Origin: Pseudomonadota bacterium
GTDB lineage: Bacteria; Pseudomonadota; Gammaproteobacteria; JAKAQQ01
NCBI GenBank assembly: GCA_027320085.1
Contig: DAHVLZ010000036.1
Coordinates: 44,403-108,402 of the forward strand
Reading direction: 5' to 3'
Length of the DNA: 64,000 nucleotides
Of the stretch, positions 16,786 through 25,552 are shown one piece after another; positions within the stretch are counted from its first letter, which is position 1; each line of letters begins with the position of its first letter. A program made the position numbers and the translations under genes. The notes beneath the pieces were generated by a model. It worked only from the letters and a program-made list of their open reading frames with translations, was not told where the DNA came from and did no database searches.

Positions 16786-17655
16786 TCAGAGCCAATACAC
16801 GAAGATAAAAAGACCCAGCCAGACGATATCGACGAAGTGCCAGTACCAGGAGACGGCCTCAAAGGCGAAGTGACGCTCTGGCGTGAAATGCCCACGTAAT
16901 ACTCGGACCAGAATCACCGTCAACATGATCACGCCAATCGTGACGTGCAGGCCATGGAAACCGGTCAAAATAAAAAAGGTCGCACCATAAATGCCGCTGT
17001 GGAGCGTCAGGTTGAAGTGGGTATAAGCCAGATAATACTCATGCGCCTGCATGGCCAGGAAGGTGGCACCGAGGGCGATGGTGGCCACCAGCCCGGCCAC
17101 GACCTTGCGGCGGTGTCCTGCCTTGAGGGCCCAATGCGCCCAAGTCACAGTAACAGCACTGGAAAGAAGGATCAGGGTATTAAGCGCCGGGATTCCCCAA
17201 GTCGGCATCTGGGTGAATTCGCCCCCGGCGTGAGCCGGACCGTTGGTCGGCCACAGGGCCCGGTAGTGCGGATAAAGCAGGGCATGGGTGAAAAACATGT
17301 TACCCGCTCCCCCGAGCCAGGGAACCACAAATAACCGTTCATAGAAAAGTGTGCCGAAGAAGGCACCAAAAAACATCACTTCCGAAAAGATGAAAAAGAC
17401 CATCCCCCAGCGGAACGTACGGTCCACCTGCAGGTTGTAGTGGCCTGCCAAGCTTTCCCGGATGACGGTACCAAACCAGCCAAACTTAGTCGAAACGATG
17501 CAGAACACGCCAGCCCCCATCACCAACGGACCGGCCAGATCATAACCATCGAGCCAGATGCCAGCTCCGAGCATGAAGGCAAAAAGCCCGATGGACCCCA
17601 GGATCGACCAGCGGCTTTCATGAGGCAGATAGTAGGTATCGGCTGAAACGTTCAT
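16786..17655 (-). CDS. coxC: Cytochrome c oxidase subunit III
   Basis: WGMVFFIFSEVMFF, TGFHGLHV, WYWHFVDIVWLGLF. Confidence 0.97.
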   Translation of the reverse strand: MNVSADTYYLPHESRWSILGSIGLFAFMLGAGIWLDGYDLAGPLVMGAGVFCIVSTKFGWFGTVIRESLAGHYNLQVDRTFRWGMVFFIFSEVMFFGAFFGTLFYERLFVVPWLGGAGNMFFTHALLYPHYRALWPTNGPAHAGGEFTQMPTWGIPALNTLILLSSAVTVTWAHWALKAGHRRKVVAGLVATIALGATFLAMQAHEYYLAYTHFNLTLHSGIYGATFFILTGFHGLHVTIGVIMLTVILVRVLRGHFTPERHFAFEAVSWYWHFVDIVWLGLFIFVYWL

Positions 17656-17733
17656 GCAGACCTCATTTCCTGGAAAAGCAGAAAAACACAGGGCCAGGGT
17701 ACTAATGAATCCGGGGCCGTCCCAGGGAACCCT

Positions 17734-17868
17734 TCACCGGACCCACGCGCCCACCAGATAGAACCCAACATAGAAGATCAAAGACACAATTCCCAAGAGG
17801 ATCGCCATGCGCACCGCGCGCCGATGGCGGCGTCCCTCTTCGAATTCCGACTCGGGCTCGACGACCAT
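17734..17868 (-). CDS. Small single-TM cox-operon protein (44 aa), not in the ORF track
   Basis: Read by hand: MVVEPESEFEEGRRHRRAVRMAILLGIVSLIFYVGFYLVGAWVR*; starts 6 nt after the coxA stop with a GAGG RBS. Confidence 0.7.
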   Translation of the reverse strand: MVVEPESEFEEGRRHRRAVRMAILLGIVSLIFYVGFYLVGAWVR

Positions 17869-17874
17869 CCGGCC

Positions 17875-19455
17875 TCACCCGGGGACCTCAGGTGGAGTGG
17901 CGAAGGTATGGTAGGGAGCTGGTGAGGGAACCGTCCATTCGAGGCCGTGGGCCCCCTCCCAAGCCCGAGCTTCTGCCCGCCGACCTCCATAAACCGTCGC
18001 GAAGATAATGGCTACAAAGATGAGCTGGGAAGCGCCGAATATGAACCCCCCGATGCTGGAAATCATGTTGAGATTGGTGAATTGGACAGCATAGTCCGGC
18101 ACCCTGCGTGGCATCCCCGCCAAGCCGAGAAAATGCATCGGAAAATAGAGCATGTTGGCGGAGATCACGCTCAGCCAGAAATGGACCTTGCCCCAGAACT
18201 CATTGTACATATGCCCGGTCCATTTGGGCAGCCAGTAGTAGACGGCACCCATGATGGCGAACACGGCACCAGTCACAAGAACGTAGTGGAAATGGGCCAC
18301 CACGAAGTAGCTATTGTGGTACTGGAAATCCGCCGGAACCAAAGCCAGCATAACTCCTGAGAATCCACCGATGGTGAACAGGATGATGAAAGCCACGGCA
18401 AACAGCATCGGCGTCTCAAAAGTAATGGCCCCTCGCCACATGGTCGCTACCCAGTTGAAAATCTTGACCCCGGTGGGCACAGCGATGAGCATGGTGCTGA
18501 ACATGAAGAAGAGGTCGGCGGAAACCGGCATCCCCGAGGTGAACATGTGGTGACCCCAAACAATGAAAGATAGAAAGGCAATCGAAGCCAGGGCATAGAT
18601 CATTGAGGTCCGGCCAAAAAGCGGTTTCCGGGAAAAGGTCGGCACAATCTCCGAGATGATGCCGAAGGCTGGCAGGATCATGATGTAGACTTCAGGATGT
18701 CCGAAGAACCAAAACACATGTTCCCAGAGGAGAGGGGTTCCACCGCCGGCCACTGAGAAAAAGTGGGTTCCGAAATAGTGATCCAAGAGCTGCATCGTGA
18801 CCCCACCGGCCAAGACTGGCATGACGGCCACGAGCAGGTACGCTGTGATCAGCCACGCCCAGACGAAAAGTGGCATCTTCATGAGGGTCATCCCCGGGGC
18901 CCTCATGTTGAGGATGGTGACAATCACGTTAATGCCACCCAAAACCGAGGAAATGCCCATGAGGTGGATGGCGAAGATCATGAAGGGGAAGGAGTAGCCG
19001 AGCTCAAGGCTGTAGGGAACATACAGCGTCCACCCGCCCTGCGGCGCTCCACCTGGCAAAAACAGAGTCAAGAGCAAGAGCGTGAAGGCGAACGGCAGGA
19101 TCCAGAAACTCCAGTTGTTGAGCCGGGGAAGCGCCATGTCCGGCGCCCCAATCATGAGGGGGATCATCCAGTTCGCGAGCCCCACGAACGCCGGCATAAC
19201 CGCCCCGAAGACCATGACGAGCCCGTGGAGGGTAACCATCTGGTTGTAGAAGGCCGGGGTCACAAACTGAAGGCCCGGCTGGTAGAGTTCTGCACGGATC
19301 ACCATGGCCATAGCCCCACCAATGAAGAACATGATGAGGCTGAAAATAAGGTAGAGCGTCCCGATGTCCTTGTGGTTGGTGGTCGTGATCCAGCGCATCA
19401 GACCGCGCCGGGTGGCGTGGTGTGGTTCCGCGGGTAGGGCGACTGACTCGGTCAT
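17875..19455 (-). CDS. coxA: Cytochrome c oxidase subunit I (A1 type)
   Basis: TTNHKDIGTLY, GAPDMALPRLNN, FGHPEVY, WGHHMF, AHFHYV, GMPRR. Confidence 0.98.
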   Translation of the reverse strand: MTESVALPAEPHHATRRGLMRWITTTNHKDIGTLYLIFSLIMFFIGGAMAMVIRAELYQPGLQFVTPAFYNQMVTLHGLVMVFGAVMPAFVGLANWMIPLMIGAPDMALPRLNNWSFWILPFAFTLLLLTLFLPGGAPQGGWTLYVPYSLELGYSFPFMIFAIHLMGISSVLGGINVIVTILNMRAPGMTLMKMPLFVWAWLITAYLLVAVMPVLAGGVTMQLLDHYFGTHFFSVAGGGTPLLWEHVFWFFGHPEVYIMILPAFGIISEIVPTFSRKPLFGRTSMIYALASIAFLSFIVWGHHMFTSGMPVSADLFFMFSTMLIAVPTGVKIFNWVATMWRGAITFETPMLFAVAFIILFTIGGFSGVMLALVPADFQYHNSYFVVAHFHYVLVTGAVFAIMGAVYYWLPKWTGHMYNEFWGKVHFWLSVISANMLYFPMHFLGLAGMPRRVPDYAVQFTNLNMISSIGGFIFGASQLIFVAIIFATVYGGRRAEARAWEGAHGLEWTVPSPAPYHTFATPPEVPG

Positions 19456-19502
19456 CGTTTGGGCTCTCCGTTCTTTAGGTCAGCAAACGGTATTCGGGAA
19501 AT

Positions 19503-20348
19503 TCAGGAACCCTGCGGGGAGGGGGAGGAGGCATCGTCGGCATCGACCCGGTGCCGCTCCTGCCATTCCCGGACCCATGCCTGGAACTGGGTCTTGGGCT
19601 TAGCCACAACAACAATCGGCATGTAGGCATGGCCCCAGCCGCAGATCTGGTTACACTGTCCCCGATAGGTTCCAGGTTTCTCGATCCGGACCCAGATCGA
19701 GTTCACCAGTCCGGGGTTCGCGTCCATTTGAACGCCCAAATCGGGGACCCACCAGGAGTGGATAACGTCCTTGGAGGTGACGAGAAGGCGAACCTTTTCG
19801 CCGACGGGGAGCACCAGAGGATGGGTCACTGAATGCAGGTAGTGGGGGACCGAATAGGGGCTCACGCCCGAATTCAGAGGCGCGATCCGGAGGCTGGAAT
19901 TCGCGAGGCGGCTATAGATATTGATATGCCAACGCGGATAGGTGTACCGCCACAGCCACTGGTATCCGGTCACTTCGACCGTCATCTCCGAGTGATGGAC
20001 ATCTTCTGCCCGGAGGAGGACACGGGCAGCGGGCACTGCCATCACGATGAGGATGATAAAGGGAATCACGGTCCATACCACTTCCAGAACCGAATTCTCA
20101 TGAAACTTGGCGGGCTTCGGATGCCGCGAGCGGCGATGGAAGATCATTGACCACGTGATGGCCCCGAATACCACGGTGGCAATTCCGCACATGATCCAGA
20201 AAGCCAACATGTTGAGCCCGTAGATCTCGTGACTGACCGGGGTAACCCCCCTCGGGAGATTGTAGAGGGAAGCGGCCATCGCCCGGGGTACAGTCACCGC
20301 ACCCACCAGGGCGATCCCGATCCAGGCCCGGAACCATTGATGCTTCAT
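19503..20348 (-). CDS. coxB: Cytochrome c oxidase subunit II (CuA)
   Basis: Signal peptide, two TMs (LEVVWTVIP), GYQWLWRY, DVIHSWW, CNQICGWGHAYM; ATG overlaps the upstream stop. Confidence 0.96.
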   Translation of the reverse strand: MKHQWFRAWIGIALVGAVTVPRAMAASLYNLPRGVTPVSHEIYGLNMLAFWIMCGIATVVFGAITWSMIFHRRSRHPKPAKFHENSVLEVVWTVIPFIILIVMAVPAARVLLRAEDVHHSEMTVEVTGYQWLWRYTYPRWHINIYSRLANSSLRIAPLNSGVSPYSVPHYLHSVTHPLVLPVGEKVRLLVTSKDVIHSWWVPDLGVQMDANPGLVNSIWVRIEKPGTYRGQCNQICGWGHAYMPIVVVAKPKTQFQAWVREWQERHRVDADDASSPSPQGS

Positions 20349-20857
20349 GAGCGAAAGTCTCCCGCATGAGTCTTGAAACCGGGGCTCGTCGCAAGTGTCG
20401 GTGTGGCAACCGTCCAAGCCGGGGCCAGCATTTCGCGGAGCCGCTGGGCCAAAATCCGTCGCTCTTCTTCCCCGAGACAGCCCCCGACCTCGCATTCCTG
20501 CCCCCTGGAGCGGATGCTGACGTGATACTTCCGGTCGGATGGGCGGACACCCGCCACGACCTGGGCCCATACCCGCAAAGCCTCGAAATGGTATTCCGGA
20601 CAGCTTTGGCCTTTCTCGACCACAAGCCGATCGTCGTCGACACGGATCACTTCGCGGTACCGTCCGTGGTGATCCGCCTTCCACACCCCGTATACCAACC
20701 CACCCAGTGCGATTGCATTGAAGGCCAGAATGGGCCAGAAACCCCACAACCAGGTCATGAGCCCACCCAAGACCAAGGAGCCGGCCAGACCAGCTGCCAT
20801 CAGCCTGAGTTCCGCACCTTGCAGGGATCGGTTGGGGCTGACCACTAAGGTCGACAT
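20345..20857 (-). CDS. DUF2244 integral membrane protein
   Basis: PNRSL, GFWPILAF, EVGGCLGEEER motifs; commonly found just upstream of coxB. Confidence 0.8.
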   Translation of the reverse strand: MSTLVVSPNRSLQGAELRLMAAGLAGSLVLGGLMTWLWGFWPILAFNAIALGGLVYGVWKADHHGRYREVIRVDDDRLVVEKGQSCPEYHFEALRVWAQVVAGVRPSDRKYHVSIRSRGQECEVGGCLGEEERRILAQRLREMLAPAWTVATPTLATSPGFKTHAGDFRS

Positions 20858-20957
20858 CGACTGGAATCTGCGAAAAATAAATCGGATTTTCCAATTATGC
20901 ACGAATGCCTGTGCAGGCGCCACAATTGGGGAGGGGGTCATGGCCCCCCGGGTCAGG

Positions 20958-21665
20958 TCAATCGCACCCATCACTCCCAAACCAACTTTCAAAGCCTTTA
21001 TCTAGGGCATGAGCAAGGGGATCGCAGGCGGGTTGGGAGAGGTAAGGCAGAACGCCGAGACAGGGAACCGGAAGGCTCCTCCTGAGTGTCGCCATTACTT
21101 CCTCTGGCTCTTCAAGGGCGGGATCCACCCGGTTGCCGATCCATCCGACGCAGGGCACACCGTCCCGGTCAATGGCTTCCACCGAAAGCCGCCCCTGGTT
21201 GATGCAACCGAGGCGGAGACCGATAACCAAGATCACCGGATACTCCAGGATTCGGGCCAGATCGGCTACGGTCTTTTGTTCCGTTAAAGGCGTACGCCAT
21301 CCTCCCACACCTTCAACGACCACGAGGTCCGTCCGGAGCTCAAGCTGCCGCACGTACTCCCGCACCGCTTCTAGGTGAATTTCTTGTCCGACTTGGCGGG
21401 CGGCAATATCGGGGGAGATGGGAGGGGCAAAACAATAGGGATTGATTTCGACATCGCTCTCTTCAATGTTGATCACTTGGCGTAACCTGAGCACATCCTC
21501 GTGCTGCCACTTTCCCTGTTCGTTCCGGACGGCACCAGTCGCGACCGGCTTCATAGCACCGACACGGAGCCCGCGCCTGGCCCCGCAGCGGATCCATGCC
21601 GCGCTGGCCCACGTTTTGCCAACTCCGGTATCCGTCCCGGTGACCAAGACTCCCCGGGAGTTCAT
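20958..21665 (-). CDS. bioD: Dethiobiotin synthase
   Basis: VTGTDTGVGKT, MKPVATG, VEGVGG, RLGCIN. Confidence 0.96.
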   Translation of the reverse strand: MNSRGVLVTGTDTGVGKTWASAAWIRCGARRGLRVGAMKPVATGAVRNEQGKWQHEDVLRLRQVINIEESDVEINPYCFAPPISPDIAARQVGQEIHLEAVREYVRQLELRTDLVVVEGVGGWRTPLTEQKTVADLARILEYPVILVIGLRLGCINQGRLSVEAIDRDGVPCVGWIGNRVDPALEEPEEVMATLRRSLPVPCLGVLPYLSQPACDPLAHALDKGFESWFGSDGCD

Positions 21666-22480
21666 GCTGGACCCCGGACCGGCGGCAACGGAGTTGGCTT
21701 CCACCCAACTCCATAGATGATCTCGTATGTCACCGGCAGCCCCTCCCCGGGAGGGCGGCGGATCTCATAGGCCTCACCCACCCGTTGCCAGCGTGTCCGC
21801 CCGGTCAGCCCACGGATACCGCCGATGGGATGTGAATTCGCGCCTATTTGCTTAAGCTCCCGCCCGAGGTCGGTCAGACTGCCCACTTGCTCGATCACCA
21901 CCTCGGTATCGAGCACAATCTCGACGAATCCGTGCCGGGTCAGACAGGTTCCCAATGCTGGCAAATCAAGGAAATCAATAACGTGAGGTTCGCGATCTAC
22001 ACAAGCCCACGCCTCCCGGAGCTCGTGGAGTGTCCGCGGTCCGAAAGTCGAAAACAGGAAAGGCGAACGACCCTTCAAGACCCGAAACACTTCGCCAAAA
22101 ACCAAGCCCGGATCCTCGCACCATTGAAGCATGAGGTTACTGAAAACGAGATCTATGGATTCGTCGGACAGGGGCAAGGCCCGGGCATCGGCACAAAGAA
22201 CCGGGGACCGCCGATCTTTCACCTCCTGCTTCCGACGCAGGAAGTCGAAAGCTGAATCAACCCCCAAGAGTTTTGCATCAGGGAACGCTCGGGACAAGGC
22301 CGGTTCGGCATGCCCCGTCCCGCACCCTAGATCAAGGATCCAACTGGGTATGAGATCAAACAAGACCAGACGATTGACCAGCTCGTCCTCGACCCAGTGC
22401 TGCAGACAGGCCTTGTCGTCGTAGGTAAGCACGGCTCGGTTGAATCGCTTGCGGATCCGGTGCGGGTCGAGCCTAGGCAT
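21662..22480 (-). CDS. bioC: Malonyl-ACP O-methyltransferase
   Basis: ILDLGCGTG, SNLMLQW, FSTFGPRTLHELREAW. Confidence 0.94.
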   Translation of the reverse strand: MPRLDPHRIRKRFNRAVLTYDDKACLQHWVEDELVNRLVLFDLIPSWILDLGCGTGHAEPALSRAFPDAKLLGVDSAFDFLRRKQEVKDRRSPVLCADARALPLSDESIDLVFSNLMLQWCEDPGLVFGEVFRVLKGRSPFLFSTFGPRTLHELREAWACVDREPHVIDFLDLPALGTCLTRHGFVEIVLDTEVVIEQVGSLTDLGRELKQIGANSHPIGGIRGLTGRTRWQRVGEAYEIRRPPGEGLPVTYEIIYGVGWKPTPLPPVRGPA

Positions 22481-23240
22481 AATCACAACCGTTCAAGAAT
22501 CCGGACAGGAGCCGGCAAAATGTTCCCGGATCACTGAGGAAGGATGCATGGCCGGCCTTTTCGAACCAGATGATCTCGGTCCGGAGTGCCTGGGCCAACC
22601 AATCCACCGCTTCCGGTGGAACCAGTCGGTCCCGTCGTCCGGCCACGAGGAGTAAGGGAACCTGAACTCCGTGCTGTACATCCAGACGCAAATCCGTCGT
22701 CCTCAAGATTTCGAGCCCAGCCCGCAGTCCTGCGGGCGTTGGTGAACCCCCCGTCCGCAGCGCAGCCCGCAAGCGGGGGATCAGGGTTCGCGCTTCCCGT
22801 CGACCTTGGAGCTGCAGAAAAAGGAAATCATCCAGGGTCCCCTCGTAATGGGTCTCGAGATCCCTGGCAAAACGGTCCAGAACAACGGGGGCGCATCCGT
22901 AGGCCCAGTCCGGACCGGCCACGAACTTCGGCGTGGTGCTGATGAGAACGAGTGCCCCAATCCGCTGTGGATTCCGGATCGCAATTTGGAGTGCCACTTG
23001 CCCGCCAAGCGACCAGCCGAGGAGTGCCACCGGCCCTTCAGGCAGCGCTTCCAGACAATCCTCGGCCCAGTCCGGAAGCGTAGAATCCACCGGGATGTCG
23101 CCCCGCTGCCCGTGTCCTGGCAATTCGATACAACACAGGGTGATCCCAGCCTGCCTGAGCGGCTCCAGCAAGGGGTCAAAAATGCGGGCGTTGAACCCCC
23201 AACCGTGAACCGTGGCCAAAATCAGGCGCGAGGCGGACAC
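22473..23240 (-). CDS. bioH: Pimeloyl-ACP methyl ester esterase
   Basis: HGWG, LPGHG, GWSLGG nucleophile elbow, AGHASF. Confidence 0.93.
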   Translation of the reverse strand: MSASRLILATVHGWGFNARIFDPLLEPLRQAGITLCCIELPGHGQRGDIPVDSTLPDWAEDCLEALPEGPVALLGWSLGGQVALQIAIRNPQRIGALVLISTTPKFVAGPDWAYGCAPVVLDRFARDLETHYEGTLDDFLFLQLQGRREARTLIPRLRAALRTGGSPTPAGLRAGLEILRTTDLRLDVQHGVQVPLLLVAGRRDRLVPPEAVDWLAQALRTEIIWFEKAGHASFLSDPGTFCRLLSGFLNGCDYA

Positions 23241-24388
23241 AGGCTAGACAGGGCTTCAAGCAGATGGTCCAGATCGGACCGCGTGTGGGAAGCACTCAGG
23301 CTGATCCGCAAGCGCGCTTTCCCGTGTGGCACGGTTGGCGGGAGAATAGCCGGCGCATAAATTCCGCGAGCCTCAAGTGCCTTGCTGAGTGTCTGTGCTT
23401 TTTCCGCCAAACCAATCAGAAGAGGTTGGATGGGAGATGAAGAAGGCGCCAGAGGCAGATCCAGCTCTCCTGCGCTTCGGCGAAAGTAATCCACGTGTTC
23501 GTGCAGCCGGCGACGTCTTTCGGACTCTCCAATCACCCGCCGGAGTGCCTCGTGCGTAGCCACCGCTAGGGCCGGCGGGAGCGCTGTGGTATAGCGGAAG
23601 GGACGCGCCTGCTGCACTAGGGTCTCAATGAGAGCATCCGGTCCGGCAACGAAGGCCCCGTAGGTTCCGAACGCCTTTCCGAAAGTGGCCATAAGCAGTG
23701 GAACGTCATCCTGTCCAAGGTGGCAGGCCGCCACGGTACCTTGCCCGTTCTCCCCCCACAGACCGATGCCGTGAGCATCGTCAACCAAGAATCTGGCTCC
23801 AGCCGCGCAGGCAATCCGTGCCAGTTGGGCCAGGGGAGCCTGATCCCCGTCCATGCTGAAAACTCCCTCGGTCACGAGCAATGCCCTTCTCGAGGACGCT
23901 GACCGTACCAGCTGGCGAGCCGCGTCCGACACGTCTCCATGGGCATAACGACGGAGATGCCCCTGAGCCAGTCGTACAGCATCGTAAAGCGAGGCATGAT
24001 TCAGACGGTCCTGGACGATCGTTTGTCCACGACGACAATGGGATTGCAAGACCGAAAGATTGGCCATATAACCGTTTGAAAAAAGCAGCGCCCGGTCCCG
24101 TCCAAGCCAATCGGCCAGAGCATTCTCGAGTTCGCAGTGGGCTGAAGTATGCCCGGATAGAAGCATTGATCCACCGCTCCCAACGCCCCATTCTCGTGCT
24201 CCTGCGCTCCACGCCTCGATTACCGCCGGGTGAGTGGCGAGCCCTAGGTAGTCATTCGAGGCGAAGTTGATCAGCCGATGTCCCTCGACCACGATAGCGG
24301 GTCGGCATGAGGATTCGCGGATCCGGCGGATCCGGACCCCCGCAGCCAACCTCCCCGGTCGCGGACGAGACTCAATCCCTGAGAGCAT
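23222..24388 (-). CDS. bioF: 8-amino-7-oxononanoate synthase
   Basis: [36 protein letters not shown]. Confidence 0.96.
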   Translation of the reverse strand: MLSGIESRPRPGRLAAGVRIRRIRESSCRPAIVVEGHRLINFASNDYLGLATHPAVIEAWSAGAREWGVGSGGSMLLSGHTSAHCELENALADWLGRDRALLFSNGYMANLSVLQSHCRRGQTIVQDRLNHASLYDAVRLAQGHLRRYAHGDVSDAARQLVRSASSRRALLVTEGVFSMDGDQAPLAQLARIACAAGARFLVDDAHGIGLWGENGQGTVAACHLGQDDVPLLMATFGKAFGTYGAFVAGPDALIETLVQQARPFRYTTALPPALAVATHEALRRVIGESERRRRLHEHVDYFRRSAGELDLPLAPSSSPIQPLLIGLAEKAQTLSKALEARGIYAPAILPPTVPHGKARLRISLSASHTRSDLDHLLEALSSLCPPRA

Positions 24389-25364
24389 GAGCTTCCCGTC
24401 TTTCAGACTGCATCTCGGCGCGGATTCCGAGGGCCCGAAACAGCTCACGATCCGCTTTCATCTCGTTGTTCGGTGTCGTAAGCAATTCCTCGCCATAAAA
24501 AACCGAGTTGGCTCCGGCAAAAAAACAGAGGGCCTGGAGTTCATCGCTCATCCGGCTGCGGCCTGCAGACAGCCGAACATGAGCCGCCGGTATGAGAATC
24601 CGGGTCACAGCCACCGCCCGCACAAACTCCAGCGGTGGCACCGGATCACGGGTGGCGAGCGGGGTCCCGGGCACGGGAACCAAGGCGTTGAGGGGCACGC
24701 TTTCCGGCGGTGGGTCCATCTCGGCAAGCTCAAGGAGAAGTGCGGCACGGTCCTCCATGGACTCGCCCATTCCCAAGATTCCGCCACAACAGACGTGCAT
24801 ACCAGCCTTGCGAACCCGCCGTAAGGTTTCCAGCCGATCGTCGAAGCTTCTGGTTGTCACAATTTCCGCATAGTAATCGCGCGAAGTATCCAGGTTGTGA
24901 TTGTAGAAATCGAGCCCAGCCTGAGCTAGCCTTTCAGCCTGTTCGTCGGTCAACAAGCCCAGGGTGGCGCAGGTTTCGAGCCCAAGCGCCTTGACCGCCT
25001 TGATGTACTCAAGAATCTGGTCAAGATCACGATCCTTTGGTCCGCGAAAGGCAGCCCCCATGCAAAAGCGAGTCGCTCCCGCCGCCTGGGCTTGTCGGGC
25101 GGTTAGAACCACCTGCTCGACGGGCAATAAGGGTTCGGCCTCAACCGAGGTCGCGTAACGGCCACTTTGGGGACAATAATGGCAATCCTCGGGGCACCCC
25201 CCGGTTTTGACACTGAGGAGCGTGCTCAACTGGATTTCCTGGGGATTGAAGTGTCGTCGATGGACGCCATGCGCCCAGTAAAGCAGGTCATTCAAAGGAG
25301 CCCGGAATAGTTCGAGAATCCGTTCGAGGGTCCAAGGCGGGGCAAGATCAGGGGTTTCTGTCAT
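24372..25364 (-). CDS. bioB: Biotin synthase
   Basis: [11 protein letters not shown] radical-SAM motif, [16 protein letters not shown]. Confidence 0.98.
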   Translation of the reverse strand: MTETPDLAPPWTLERILELFRAPLNDLLYWAHGVHRRHFNPQEIQLSTLLSVKTGGCPEDCHYCPQSGRYATSVEAEPLLPVEQVVLTARQAQAAGATRFCMGAAFRGPKDRDLDQILEYIKAVKALGLETCATLGLLTDEQAERLAQAGLDFYNHNLDTSRDYYAEIVTTRSFDDRLETLRRVRKAGMHVCCGGILGMGESMEDRAALLLELAEMDPPPESVPLNALVPVPGTPLATRDPVPPLEFVRAVAVTRILIPAAHVRLSAGRSRMSDELQALCFFAGANSVFYGEELLTTPNNEMKADRELFRALGIRAEMQSERREAHALRD

Positions 25365-25415
25365 GGGGCCGCGAAGTCCGAATACTTTGCGGACAGTCTA
25401 GCCCGTAGCCCCCTC

Positions 25416-25454
25416 AGCCTGTCAACCGGACGATTTTTTGAAGGTTGACAGGCT
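25416..25454. promoter_or_regulatory. BirA operator of the bio operon
   Basis: Perfect 12-bp inverted repeat AGCCTGTCAACC-N15-GGTTGACAGGCT matching the proteobacterial TGTnAACC-N14/16-GGTTnACA box; overlaps a minus-strand TTGACA-N19-TAGACT. Confidence 0.85.
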
Positions 25455-25552
25455 CCCTGCCAATCCGGGCTCGGGAAGCCAATCCCCGTTTACCCTTGAT
25501 CCTTGGAGGAATCACGCATAAACTAGTTGTCCAACTCGGATTCGTGACTTTC

